From: Isurus oxyrinchus
Lineage: Eukaryota
Length of the DNA stretch: 64,000 nucleotides
NCBI GenBank assembly: GCA_026770705.1
Contig: JANJGN010000039.1
Coordinates: 1,240,001-1,304,000, forward strand
Direction of reading: 5' to 3'
Under the pieces are notes generated by a model. It did not search any database and had not been told where the DNA came from. It was given only the letters and a program-made list of their open reading frames with translations. Within the stretch, counting starts at the first letter, position 1. Each line of letters starts with the position of its first letter. Shown here in pieces: positions 50,738 to 63,640 of this stretch. Both the position numbers and the translations under genes were made by a program.

Positions 50738-53430
50738 TATACGATGGAGAGAAGCCCCAATGTGAAGGCGGAATTCATCTGTACAAGGACGTGCAGTGGT
50801 CTATCCTATCAATTCTTAAATGGACAGCTGCACCTGTGGTGGTTAAGTTTGTGGAGCGAATTCACTTAGAGGTTTGCACCTGATTGGTTCCCTGACCACC
50901 TGCCAAAGACCTAATCTAGCATTTATCTTTATGACTCTGCCAGCTCGGACATTATTGATGCTATTGATTCGCTCTTGCTCACAGACTTCAAGGTCTCCAA
51001 TGGAAAGCATTTTTTTCTACTCTCTCCCTAAAGCTTCGGCCATTGATGATCATTGATTCATCTGCTGAGGTGAACGTGAGCTGGTCAGCAGAAGGGGACA
51101 TTCATTGCCCATGTGTTACGTGATGTCATGAGATGTCACTTAAGTGCCACGTGTACTGAAGGATATGAAAAATGGTGCACGCTGGAAGTGTTGCAAAATG
51201 GTATTTAGGAAAGCATTAATAGAATTGAGCATACCGACTAATTCGGTGGATATATTACGTTTTGGATAAGATAATTTCACTCAGATGTTTGCTCATGATT
51301 CGTATGAACTTTCAAAACAGGAAGATGAATTATTCTGTTAAGGGTAAACAGCTTGAATCATTAAATTTATGGAATGATTGCAAATCAAGCAATCAGCTTT
51401 GTCCTGGGTAAAGTCAATATCCTTGAATTCTACTGGAGCATACATTATCTAGACAGGTGTAGCGTACCTCATCACATTCCTGATTTGTGCATTTTAGATG
51501 GAGGAAAGGTTTTGGAGAGTCGGGGGGTGTGTTGCTCACCACAACATTTTCAGATTCTGACCTGCCCTTCGAGTCACAGATTCCAGTCAATGGTTTGTCC
51601 AAGGATGTTGAAAACGGGGGCTTAAGCGATGGTAATGCCAGTAAATGTCAAGGCTAATTTGTTGGATGTTCATTTGGTGCAGATGGACATTTCTTGTCTA
51701 TTTTGCGGGGCGAAAATTACTGATCATTCTTCAGCACAAGTCTGGCTGTTGCCCAGGACTTGATGCACATGGGCACAGATTTCATCAGCATCTGTTCAGT
51801 CGTGAATGGTGCGGAACTTTTAACAATTCTCAGCGGATATAACCTCCTCCCACTTTCCCACAGCCTCCCCACCACACCAGCATCCTACTGTGTTTCAAAT
51901 GGAGAGAGCATAATTGATTCAGCAGCTAAAGATGGGTGGGCTCAGGACACTGCCCTCAGTCTGTCGTCCAGTTATGTCATGGGGTTGAGATGATGCACCT
52001 GCAAAAGAAAATAAAAATGAAAAAATAAATTATTTTTGCTTTGTATGAGTTCACTCAGTAGGGAAGTTTCCCCTTATTCTTATTGACCACAATTCTTATA
52101 CCCCTCCTTGATACCACATTGTGATAACTGATGCATTGATATAGTTCACATCCACTCTCTCCTCATCTTATAAGTACGGCACCTGTGTCCATGTTTGGAG
52201 GCAGGCCGAACCAGGAGTTCAGCTCGCACGAAGCAAAAAGTGAGCGTCAGTGAACAGTTTGCTGCCGAGTATTTGGCGATTGAAAGCATTTTCTATGAGA
52301 CTTTTCATCACATTGATCTTGATTAAATGTAGGCTGATGGGGCTGTACTTAGATTGGTTGGATTTGTCGTGATTATTTGTGGATAGGCATACCTGTGAAA
52401 ATTCTCAAAGTTTCTCATAGTTGCCAGAGGTTTAGATGCACCATACCAGCATCGATAGAAAGGCTTATTCAGGAGCAGTGATCTCCCGTACTATTGGCAT
52501 TATCTAAATGGACCCATAACCTCTTCATCATCCAGTTCCTTCAGTCATTCCTGAAATCCGAGTGCTGAGAATCACATTGTATGAAGACTGGCATCTGTGA
52601 TGCTTGTCATCCATAGGTGGAGGCCGGATGGTTCATGCACCCGTCACTTCAGGGTGAATGTGGCTGCAAATTCTTCTGCCATGTATATGCACTGGTGTGC
52701 TGCGCTCCACATTCATTGCTGATGGGGATATTGCTGGAGAGCAAGTGAGGTGCAGAATTTTACATCACCATTAAAGGTGATTGTGACAGGACTTCAGAGC
52801 TGAGCTATCGTTATTTGGTAGGGGGACCAATGAGCCCTGTCTTTCTCATGCTGAATACGCTTTTTTGCTTGCAAGTAGCCCCGGGCTTGAAATTCACCAC
52901 GTTAAGCCATGTTGTTAGCTTTAATTGCTGCTGTATTGGACATGGGGCAGGTGTCAGCAACGTTCCTTCGTTTGTGCATTTGACCTCAAAATCGTGGAAG
53001 GGAAACAGCAGAAGAGGCATGGGAACACTCTTAATTACAAAATCCTTTCTGAGTCACGCATCAGCTGACTTGCAGATACATCAACGTTCATTTACTGTCA
53101 CTGGATCAAAAACCTGGAAATCAATCGCTCCCAGCAATTAATGCTAAGAGTCATGGGTTTTACGAGTCTGGCCAATTTGTAGTGAATTAAGCTGTAGAGG
53201 ATATTAATTTAAACATCGGTGTATTAGGAGTTAGATCTTTATCGTCAGGTAATTGGCAATTCGTAATTTTACTTTTCTGAACACAGATTAGTCTACAGAC
53301 TCAAATCTTTTTGCCCAACATGGTCAACCTTTATCGCAATTTTATGCACTTGGTACCCAGAAAAAAAAATCAATTTTAAGCTTCACCTTCAAATCACAGA
53401 TGTTGTCATTGAGACACAAGCGATTGTGTC

Positions 53431-53916
53431 CTAAAACATACATTTTTCATTTCTGCTGAGTGGGCCGCACTTGAATTTATTACCCTTACCTTGACCCCAT
53501 GTGTTCCATTCATTCTAATCTTGTTGCTAAATGTTTTGACAGCTAGGCGTATTTTGGCAGCCAGTAAAGTTCGCAGGGGTCTCCATAGTTGCAGTAATGG
53601 AGAACATCACAAGGACTCTGAAATAAAAAGCCGAAGAAAGTCCATTGTTTTACTCTTCAGTATTACCGGCAGCTATATATTGCTCTGGACAACACCTGTT
53701 ATATATATTATCTCTCTGCATGTAACAATCACTTCAAATTCTGAGGCAAATGAGCTTAAGTCAGTTGGATTCATGCTAGGGGACCTCAGTTGCTGCACAA
53801 ATGCATTCATTTATGTGCTGACACAGGCTAGGTTTAGGGAGGAGCTGAAGAGCGGAATGCAGTACCTTGTGAAACTGAGCGCAAAACTATGCAAATTACA
53901 GTGGATAACCCATTGA
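53431..53916 (+). pseudogene. 5'-truncated GPR139-like GPCR copy C (ECL2 to C-terminus only)
   Basis: Reads LKHTFFISAEWAALEFITLTLTPCVPFILILLLNVLTARRILAASKVRRGL...LSCCTNAFIYVLTQARFREELK...*. Directly upstream is intron-homologous sequence; the splice acceptor and TM1-TM4 are missing. Confidence 0.88.
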
Positions 53917-56900
53917 CCTGTACAGGCGGACATAAACATTATGCCCTCATAACTCATGTTAGAATAACGCTTGTAACAACGTTTAATATCCTACTAAAAA
54001 AGGTTTCCTACTTAACATGCTCTGTTATAATATAGTGAACTATTATTCACAGTATACAGTAATCAGTGGTGAATTGTAAGTTGTGATAATAATAATAAAT
54101 AAGAATAATAATAATACTGAACAGTTCCTGTTAGCGTTGCAGAGTTTGAAAAAATGAATTGTGATGCCAGGTTTTGACAGCCTTGTGTTCATTGGAACAG
54201 TTGTTCTGATCAGCAAGAGAAGACCCAAACATCACCAGCTGGATCATGACAACTCGACAAATGTAACATAGACAAACTTGGCAAATTTCCTACGACGTCT
54301 ATTCTGGGGCAATTAGTACATAGGGGGAGTTTTCAGAACATGTTTCACGAAGTCTGGTACCTTTCAAATATCGAACAGTTGCGCAATGAGCTGCTTCTCA
54401 GATTTCCATTTTCCGCACATGATTAAAACAAGGAAGGCCTGGTCATCACGTGTTTTGTGAAAGGATGGGCAGTGGCGCAACTGATCACTCATTACCATGA
54501 TTTATCGGACTGCGAGTCGACTCCATATATTGGATTCTGTACATTTAAATCCGATTTCCCTCCGATTCATTTGAATACGCAAATGGCTCATACTTGTTTT
54601 TTCACGATTAATGAGGCTAGTTCCTCTCCACATGCTCATTCACAACACTCTCTGTTTCATGTTATCTGCTCCTTTCACATACGCACAGACACCAAATGGC
54701 TGTTATCATAATTCTCGAATATTTTCATATGTATGACTTGAAATCCACTCATCAACATAGCGAGTGACGCTTCAGCCAGGTATCTGCACGAATTCCCAGC
54801 CAAGAAACGTCTGATCACACATGGCCCTACCATTAATTTCCTTTCCTGTATACCTACGCATATTGAATGTGAAAAATTGTAATGTAATTCTTCTCGTCGC
54901 ATATTCTTATCATTTACTTAACTTAAAAGCCGTTCGTAGAATGCAACCATAGAAGGTCTACAGCACATAAGCAGATCATTTGGCCCCTCCTTTCCTTATT
55001 GTCTCACTTAAGGATGATGCAGCCGGCAGTCACTCCGCCGGCTTCTCCCTGTTATGTGGGTCATTCGCTTTTCTCAGATATTAATCCAAAATTGTCTTGA
55101 CGATTCCTGATTAACCACCCTAATCACCTGGGAAAATGATTGTCCAGAACAACTGCCAATTAACGTTGCATTAAATAGAAAACTAGAACCACTTTCCTTG
55201 AATAAATGAGCATTAAAAACACGACAAGTTCGGTCATGGCATGAGGCGCATAGTTGGCAAGAAAAACAATTATTGTCAATCTTTAACTGCTCTTACAGAA
55301 AAGCATACGTGATCCGTCTTTTCCAGCAGCTACAGTGTTTCTGATATCTTCACACTGGATGCTTAGGGCCTGAATTACTAAATGCTCACACCGCCGGCTC
55401 AGCTACCACTCTTTTCTAAATGTTAGCTCTGGCTTTTCGCCATGTACACTTTCTAAATGTACATCTCGACTGCTCAGCTCCCAGTCCTTTTAGTTCCTGA
55501 GAGAACATCAGTTCTTCAGGGTAATGTCCAAGGCTCAATGATGTTTAGCTCCATCATCAATGACTTTCTCTCCATCTTAAGGTCGGAATTGGAGATGTTC
55601 GCTGATGATTACGCAATGCTCAACACAATACGTGACTCCTAAAATCATGAGGTTGTCCATGGCCAAGTGCAGCATGTTCAGACTTTGGCTGAGGAGTGGC
55701 AAAGGACATTGAAGCCATACAAGTACCAGGCAATGAATATCTCCAAAGAGAAAATCAAACCATCGACAGACAACATTCAATGGCATTACCATCGCTGAAT
55801 GTCGCACTATCAGCATTGTAATGCTTATCATTGACCAGAAACAGAACTGGATTGGCCATATAAACAGAACGTCAAAAATTGCAGTTCAGAGACATGGAAT
55901 CCTGCGGCGACTCCCCAATTCCATTCCACCATCTACAAGCCAGACGATAGTACTGTGATGATATACTCCCCACTTGCTTGGGTGTGTGCAGGTCCAAAAC
56001 AGCCAAGAAGCACGACAGCATCTGGGACAAATCAGTCGTAGATTGACACCACATCAATAAACATTGACTCCCTCCACAACCGACGAAAAATAGCAGCAGT
56101 GTGTACTATCTGAAAGGTGCCACTGCCTGAATTTCCGAAGTCACCTTTGTCATTACAGTCCAAACCCACGACCGGAGCATCTAGAAGAATAATGGGCAGC
56201 AGATTCATGGGAGCTCAACGATTTGGATGTTCCCCTCCAAGCTACTCACCAGTCTGTTTGAAAAGATATCCCTGTTCCATCATTGTAATTGGGTCAAATT
56301 CCAGGAACTCCCTCCCTAAGAGCACTATGGCTGCGATTCAAGAAGGGAGCTCACCACCATATTCTCAAGGGTACCTACGTCTGGGCAATAAACGCTGTGC
56401 GAGTGATTGACGCCAAAACCCCCTTAATCAATAATAATAAATTATCATTGTCTCTGTGGCTGCACAGATACAGCGCTTCCTGTTTCTCCAGTCTGACAGC
56501 TCTCTTCTACTATAGCAAAATCAATGTCCTAGACAATACTTCCTGCTTCTTATAAAACTATGCTCTACCTCTTTAGCTTCCTTACTTTTATTAACTTCTG
56601 CTTTGGGAGAAGAGTGTCTTTTACTTTCTTATCTGTGTTTTGATTATCTAGCTCCAATTATTTTTAAATCTGTTTTGGGGGGGTGGGGTGGGGCAGCCAC
56701 TTTCTAATCCTTGCTTTGAATACCTCGCTGTAGCTTTTTTTAAAACTCTCCTCTGGCAGCTCAGCTACCGCTCTTTTACCTTTCTGCCCTGGCAACTCAT
56801 CTACTTCTCTTCTAAAAAAATGTCACCTGTTCGTGATCAGCTCCCCACTCTCTCTAAATCACTGCTCTGACTGTTCAACTGCCGCATTAGACGAATAATT

Positions 56901-57158
56901 TAACCTGCCCTGACTGCCAAGAGTCTAGCCAGTAATTGGAGACTGTTGAGTTTAATTAAGAATGGTCATTGGTTTGTAACACCATGACTTAAAATAAGAA
57001 TATGCTTGTATAACCTACTAGCATTTTGATATCACAACAGAGAAAATTAATGAATTAATACATGGCAAAGTGGATTTTGAGATATTAATTGACAACTAAT
57101 CGCAGATAAGGCTGCTTAAGAACATTTACGCTCATTAAAAAGGACAGGTGCGGATTGT

Positions 57159-57161
57159 GGG

Positions 57162-57184
<23 letters not shown>
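57159..57184. repeat. Poly-G tract (26 nt)
   Basis: Direct reading. Confidence 0.9.
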
Positions 57185-57192
<8 letters not shown>

Positions 57193-57929
57193 CTTTCCAA
57201 TTGCATCAATTGTGGTAATGCACAGAAAACAGAAACTATTTATTATCGTTTTCATTTAGTCTGGATGATGGTAGCCGGTGGCGTTCCCCAGGAATCCGGG
57301 TTTGTTTTATTTTTGGTCGACATAGACCAGTTGAACCTTGGATTACAGCACAGCGTCTCAAAAAGTGTTAGTGATGCAGACATGGTGGGAGTTTACCAGT
57401 GAGGATGATACGAATCGGAAATCGAGAGACGAGCAGAATATGCAGGGCATTAGCAGATGCAATTTATTGTATTGCTATGTAAAATAATACAATTTGGCAG
57501 AAGGGGTAATGAAGGGAAATAGAGACGGACTGTCACTGTCCTAAAGAATGTGATAGAATGGAGGGATCAAGGTGCATGTGCTTCGATTTTAGAGTATGGC
57601 AGACAGAGCCATGCCTCGGGTATGGAAAATTGTGGCGACCGGGCCTGGCACCGCACATTGAGGGCGGATGTGGACTGCGCTGCGGTGACCTGTGAATGCG
57701 GGCGACAATTCCTACCTGGGTAAGTTGAAGGTGACTGTTTAAGTGACACAAATGTGCCAGCCTATTCGTATTTAGGATTCAATGGCTAGCATGTGCAGAG
57801 ACAAAGGAAATGGGGACAATATTGCTTGGAAGCAAAGAAAAGTCAGAGAAAATAACGAGAGAATGTAAGACCTTGAAATATTCTCTGGAAAATATCTGAC
57901 ATGTTCTGTGATTTCTGCTCTGGCTAGCA

Positions 57930-59000
57930 CGTGACAAAAGTAGTAATCCTCAGATCAATCATTTGAGGTCCTACTTTTCAACATACTTCCTAACTCCTTG
58001 CATCCTGCTATTAGAAGCTAATCCCGGCATTGACCTATGTCGTTTGTAAGAACGAGTACCACGGCCATTGTATGTTCACCCTCTCACTTCAGAATGTCTT
58101 TTAGCCGCTCTGAGACATCCTTCACCCCAGCATCAGGGAGGCTACATAGCATCCTAGAGCCTCGTTTGCAACCACATAAACGTCTGTCTATTCCCCTTAC
58201 AATCGAAGCACCTTTTACAAGTTCATCCCTATAATGTTCACTCATCCCCTGTGCAACAAAACCAACCGTGGGGCAACGGCTTTGACTGCTGTTGCTTTCC
58301 TCTGAGAGGCCACTACCTCCAAATGTTTCCATAGCAGCATATCTGTTTTTCAGTGGAATAGCCACAGGAGATTTCCTGCAATCTCTGTCTAGTCTTCTTG
58401 CTCTGACTGGTGGTTACCCCTTCCCTTCCTGTCTGAGGACTCTAATTCTGTGGTGTGACCACGTGCCATCCAAGATATTCTGCGCCTTGCGGATGCACCA
58501 CAGTGTCCCTACACGCCACTCCAGCTGCGAAACCCGGGCTTCTAGTATATGCAGCTGGCGACACTTTGTGCACACATGCTGGACCCGGGCACTGGAAGTG
58601 TTCCAGGCTGCCCACAGAGCGCAGGAGGAAGACACCATGGCTTTGAGCCCTCCTTCCAGGCTTACCCATTTAATTTAAATTAAACCTTTAGGAATATATT
58701 TAATATCACATAAAATCAATTAATTTAAGGCTCCTCTTTGTTATAGAGTAAAACCTTGTCAATCGATGAGCCACAAAATAAAACTTCAATAAGTATATGC
58801 TTTAAAAGTAGCAAATCGTTGCCCTTACCATACTCACAGGAAGATCTCGTTCCCTCGTCGCTGAACTCCATTAGTCGCTACTGCTCTCCCAACTCTCTTA
58901 CAACCCACGACACCTCTCGGGCTTCTCTTCAACTCCAGACCCCTTTCGTGGTTCTCTTCAACTCCCGAATACTGCCGCGCTTCTCTCCTCTTAGTTAAGC
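57930..59000 (-). mobile_element. CR1 LINE 5' part: ORF1 with zinc finger/leucine zipper and SGNH-esterase domain (decayed)
   Basis: SSCALW...HVCTKCRQLHILEARVSQLE (58414..58638) and IPLKNRYAAM...VKGASIVRGIDRRLCGCKRGSRMLCSLPDAGVKDVSERLKDILK (58084..58365). Confidence 0.85.
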
Positions 59001-61049
59001 CCTTGGTTAAACACTTTTTAGTAGTGGAGCACGCACACAAACCATATTTAACATTAAAAAATCAGCTTTCAAACCACTTTTTAAAATCAGCTTCTCTGGA
59101 TGTGCCAGATGCGACAGTGATATTTGTTCCGAAATGATTTTTCATTAATCAGGAGGATTTTGACTGATTGTGCTTAACCTTCCCCTCAGATCTGCCTCCA
59201 CGTCTAATCAACCATCTCTCCCAAAATCATTTTATAAAATGTGATCTTGCACGAATTCATCTGCTGGCTGGATAATTGAGAATTTGTAGTCGCAGAAAAA
59301 CTGACAGCAATTTAGGTGCAACAGATATTGAAATTTCTTCAGTTAAAAGGTTGCGAATCTTTGACATTCTCAACCACAGAGAGCTACTGATGCTCGGACG
59401 TTGAGATTTTACAATATAAAAATGATAGACGTTTTTGGTACAAACTGGATTAAAGGTGTTGGGATTTTTTATTACAATTGGAGCGAAGTTAAAAGATCAG
59501 GCATGTTGAATGTGAATGGGAAAGTAAGCTGCAAGGAACAAGTAGCCTTCGCTTCTCCAGAATTGAAGTTCATATGACCACATGTCTGCAGTGAGATTCG
59601 GCCTTTATCCTTTTCTCTCTTTTTACCTAATTCTATCAAAGCCTGTCGTTCTCTACATGAAGATGTCTGGACGGTGTTGTGACACGCGAAATCGTAACAC
59701 ACAAGAGCAGAGTTGAAGTAGTCAGGATATTATTAATGGAGAAATTGGAATAGGGAAGCAGCAGGGAGATGGAACAGGTGGGGTATTTTCAACTTGTCAG
59801 GCTGGAACTCGGGATGAGCCAGAGGGATTAATGCTTGAGACTCTGCCATTCCCAACCGGTATTAACGATCAGCTGATGGAGACTAATGTATTTATATCTG
59901 GAAAGCGTCCACAGATGGAAAGAAATGTCAACTATAAGGAGAAAAGAAATAGACTGCAAATAGATACGCACATTTTAAATAAAGGGGGAAACAAGGAGTC
60001 AGATGCAGTCTGATATTAAAAAGTAAGAGTTTTTAAATATTATTAGGAAAGTCAGTAAACAGATGAATGTTCAAGTTTTGAAACGCCTGAATATAGAAAT
60101 GCACAGGGGCTTTGGTTTACCCAAACAGGAATAAGGAACGAGGACGCTTGCATGAAACAGGGCAAAACTATATAGGAAGCCAATTGCCTGTCGTCAGTAA
60201 AATGACAATAAAGGAGAAGATGATGAAAATCAAAAATATCTATTCCTTTATCTGACCTTCTTTTGTCTTTTTGTCGGGAAAAAACTTCCTTTTGCTTTTA
60301 ACCTCTGCCACCGACCCGCCTCAACACCTCACCCACTTCCAATCCTGAACTGCTTTTGTTACTGGGATATGCATCTGTCGCTGATTATTGAACGTAAGTG
60401 GATAATCTAAACCCAGGAAAATCGCGGCAAGGGTCAGCCATTTATCAGTAAGATGTGAACAAATTTCTTCACTGAAAAGCGTTGTGAATCTGTGGAATTT
60501 TCTCCACAGAAAGCAACAGATTGCTCGGTAGTTGAATTTAATCAGAAACCTTTTAATCAAATATGTTGAAGCTGGTGGGATGAAAGTTTACATGGAGAGT
60601 TCAACGTTTGACAAAAAAATGACGATATACAAGTAAATTGAATGGGGCCTCAACCTTTGTTAACAAAATAACCTAACCCTGCATCATTAGCACATGCCCT
60701 GATGAGTACATGAGTTCAATATGTTTCGCTCTGGTCATCTTCTCTGCTTCCCCTCCCCCTCCACCCACCCTTATTTTCCGCAGCCTGACTCTGTAACTGA
60801 GGCGATTTCGTCAGTTTCTAAATGTTTCTTCAGCATTAAAATAACTGGCAGCAAACGGTTCTTGCTGCAAACGGTATTTCCGTCTGGCAAACAGGCTGCT
60901 CGAAGAAGGGAGGAACATAGACCGTTTAAGTAACGCTATGTGCGTTCTACAGCTCAACTAACTTAGGAGAAAATTGGATGAAAATATGTGACCAAAGTCA
61001 TGAAATGTTTAGATACCCCGCGTTAGGAAAGCGTTCAGTTGAAATTTCA

Positions 61050-62110
61050 AGCAATATCAGCCAGATTTAGAAATATGAATATAATAATAATATTAAAATG
61101 TATACAAATAATTATTACAAGTTCTACGAATAGATTGGAGAACTTGATATTAGTGATTATGGTTGATTGGATTAATAATATGTTGGAACAAGTTTCTTTG
61201 ACGAAAGCCCACATGGCTGATTGTTTACAATATATGGAAGCCCATGTGTTCCAGGACAATATAAACAGCTGGATATAAAAATAATTCAGTGAAAACAAAG
61301 AATAATTGATGACAGCTACTTTTGTGACTCGAGGGCCGTTCCCACTGAGCTTCATCTGGACCCAGCAGTTGTGACGCTGCTTTGTATGACGTTTATTAAT
61401 GGTTTTAGTTACAAATGTAGCGGGACTGAGAAAGAAGTTGTAGGCCTGAAAAAATTGACCGTGCGATTGATAGCGAGAAGGAATTCTGTAGATTGCAGCA
61501 AGGTATTCACGAACTGGTCAGGTGGACAGAAACGTTTCAAGTGGAATTCAACCCACAGAACTGTGAGGCGATGCATTTAATAAGGCCAAACAAAGGAAAT
61601 CATTGTGCAATTATTGGAATGATAATAAGATGTTTTGAGGATTCTGGATCTTAAAGGGATAGCCCACTTATGCCTGAAGGCAGCAGGAAAAGTTGGTGAG
61701 GCGGCTGAGAAGCCATCTGGAATGCTTCTATGTTTTTTAAACGAGACACATAATATAAGAGTACGGAGGTTTCGCTGGAACTTATCTAAAAGATTACTTA
61801 GAAGTTAACCTTAATGCTGTGCACAGGGCATGTCGCCATATTACAGAAAGGATGCAATTGCATTAAAAAGGGTAGAGAAGATATTTCCAAAGATGTTGCT
61901 AGGACTGGAAAATTAAAGCTTTGAGGAAAGATTGGATCGGCTAGGACTTCATCTCCTTGAAACTGAGGAGACTTGGTGAGATTTAATTGAGATGCACAAA
62001 ACTGTGGGGAGCCAGGATAAAGTATGTGCAAGCGTCTATTTGCATGAACAGAGAGGTCAGTGACGAGCGGACACATATTTACGATGTTTGTTGAAAGAGT
62101 AGAGGGGGAC
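61050..62110 (+). mobile_element. Highly decayed CR1 LINE RT/3' region
   Basis: Degenerate CR1 ORF2-like text (gaaaggatgcaattgcattaaaaagggtagagaagatattt..., tttgaggaaagattggatcggctaggact). Confidence 0.6.
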
Positions 62111-62129
62111 ATTCCTCTGCCAATTCGAT

Positions 62130-63640
62130 TCATTCCACGTGATATCAAGAAATGACTGAAGGCAGAGGATACACAAGGACAATGGGTCTTATCAATATTC
62201 CAGCAGCATTACTGTGGACCTGTGGTACAGCACTTGCCGCGCTCATTGCTAAGTCTTTCCAGTACAGCGGCAAAACTGGCATATACCTGGAAACATGGGC
62301 AATTGCCCAGGTACGTCCTGTAGTAATAAAGCCGGGCAAATCCAACTCAGGCAATTGTTGTACCATCAGTCTGCTCTCCATATGAAGTGGTGATAGAAGG
62401 CGTCATGAATATATAATGAAGCAGCGGTTAATTAGTAATAACATATTCGCTTCAGTGTTTTTTTTTTCTGCCAGGATCACTCAGCCATTGACCATAGTAC
62501 AGCCTTGGTCAAAGAATAGATAGATGATTAATATTCAGAGACGAAGTAAGAGTTGCTGCCTCTAGCAAAAAGGCAGCATGTGACAGAGTGTGACATCATG
62601 ACGCCCGAGAATATTTGGAGTCAATGCTAAAGAGGAAAAATTCCAGGTGGCATAATTCATACCTAGCACAAAGCAAGGTATTTGTGGTTTTTGGAGGTCA
62701 ATCATCTCAGTCCAAGTGCACATTGCATAAGTTCCACATTGTTGTGTCCTCGGCCTGCTATCTCAGCTGCTTCATCAATGTCCTTATTTCCATCATAAGG
62801 TTACAAGTGAGGATGTTCACTGCACAAGGTTTAGTGCCATTCGTGAGTCCTCAGACACTGAAGCAATCCAGATCCAAATATGCCATGGCTTGCACAATAT
62901 GCAACATTTGGCTTTCAAGTGGCAAGTAGTATTCAGGCACACAATTGACAGGCAATGTCCCGAATCTAACCGTGCCTCTGACATTGAATGGCACTGCCAT
63001 CTCTGAAGTCCCCACAATCAACAGCGTGGAATTTATCATTGATCAGTGACTGAATTGGCTGCCATATCAATACCTCGGCTTCAATTACCGGCCAGAGGCT
63101 AATACTACTGCGGCCAACAGCTCCCAGATTCCTGTCCCCTATCTTGAGGGCACAGGAGAGGTTTCTTATGGAATGCTTTGATCTTGCCTGGAGATGGTCA
63201 GCTCCAACATGCAAGAAGCTTGAAACCATCCAGGACAAAACAGTCCGCTTGATTGGCACAATATTCACATATACCCTCTCCCTCCAACACTGACCCATAT
63301 TTACAGAGCTGTGTACTATCGACAAGATGGATCCAAGAAGGCGCCAAGAGCCTTAGACAGCCACAACTAAATCCACAACTGCTACCATTTAGACGGACAA
63401 GCACAGGAAAACCACCGCCTGTGAGTTCCCATTCAATCCACACATCATCATCAATTGAAAATATGTCACCTTCCATTTGCTGCAGCTGGGGCAGGAGCTG
63501 GACCTCCCCCAGAATAGCATTGTGGGTGCACACACATCACAAGGCATGTAGCCGTTCATGAGGGCAGCTCACCAGGCACCATGTCAAGGGCATTTATGTT
63601 TCAGCAAAAGCATGATAACTTGGCCAGCGACGCCCAGATA
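62130..63640 (+). mobile_element. Decayed CR1/L2-group LINE, RT through 3' tail
   Basis: MGLINIPAALLWTCGTALAALIAKSFQYSGKTGIYLETWAIAQVRPV...SNSGNCCTISLLS and LSCFINVLISIIRLQVRMFT. Tail resembles 30580-30720. Confidence 0.8.

Larger units (their letters stand above)
50738..57880 (-). repeat. Segmental duplication unit, copy C (inverted, internally deleted, more diverged)
   Basis: Reverse-complement matches: 50740-51030 to 41100-40800; 53190-53420 to 5290-5040; 54100-55500 to the 3' flank of genes A/B; 56530-56870 to 30500-30230; 57440-57560 to 29670-29550. Confidence 0.85.

Noticed and set aside
49642-50869. Overlapping ORFs 49982..50869 (+), 49642..50082 (-) and 50317..50643 (-)
   Set aside because: Shadow frames of the C-rich PLE coding sequence; Pro/Ser- or Gly/Glu-biased with no domain.
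49801-50883. 360-aa ORF as a host gene or complete RT
   Set aside because: It is an internal PLE RT fragment; the last 48 or so residues are read-through into duplicated intron sequence.
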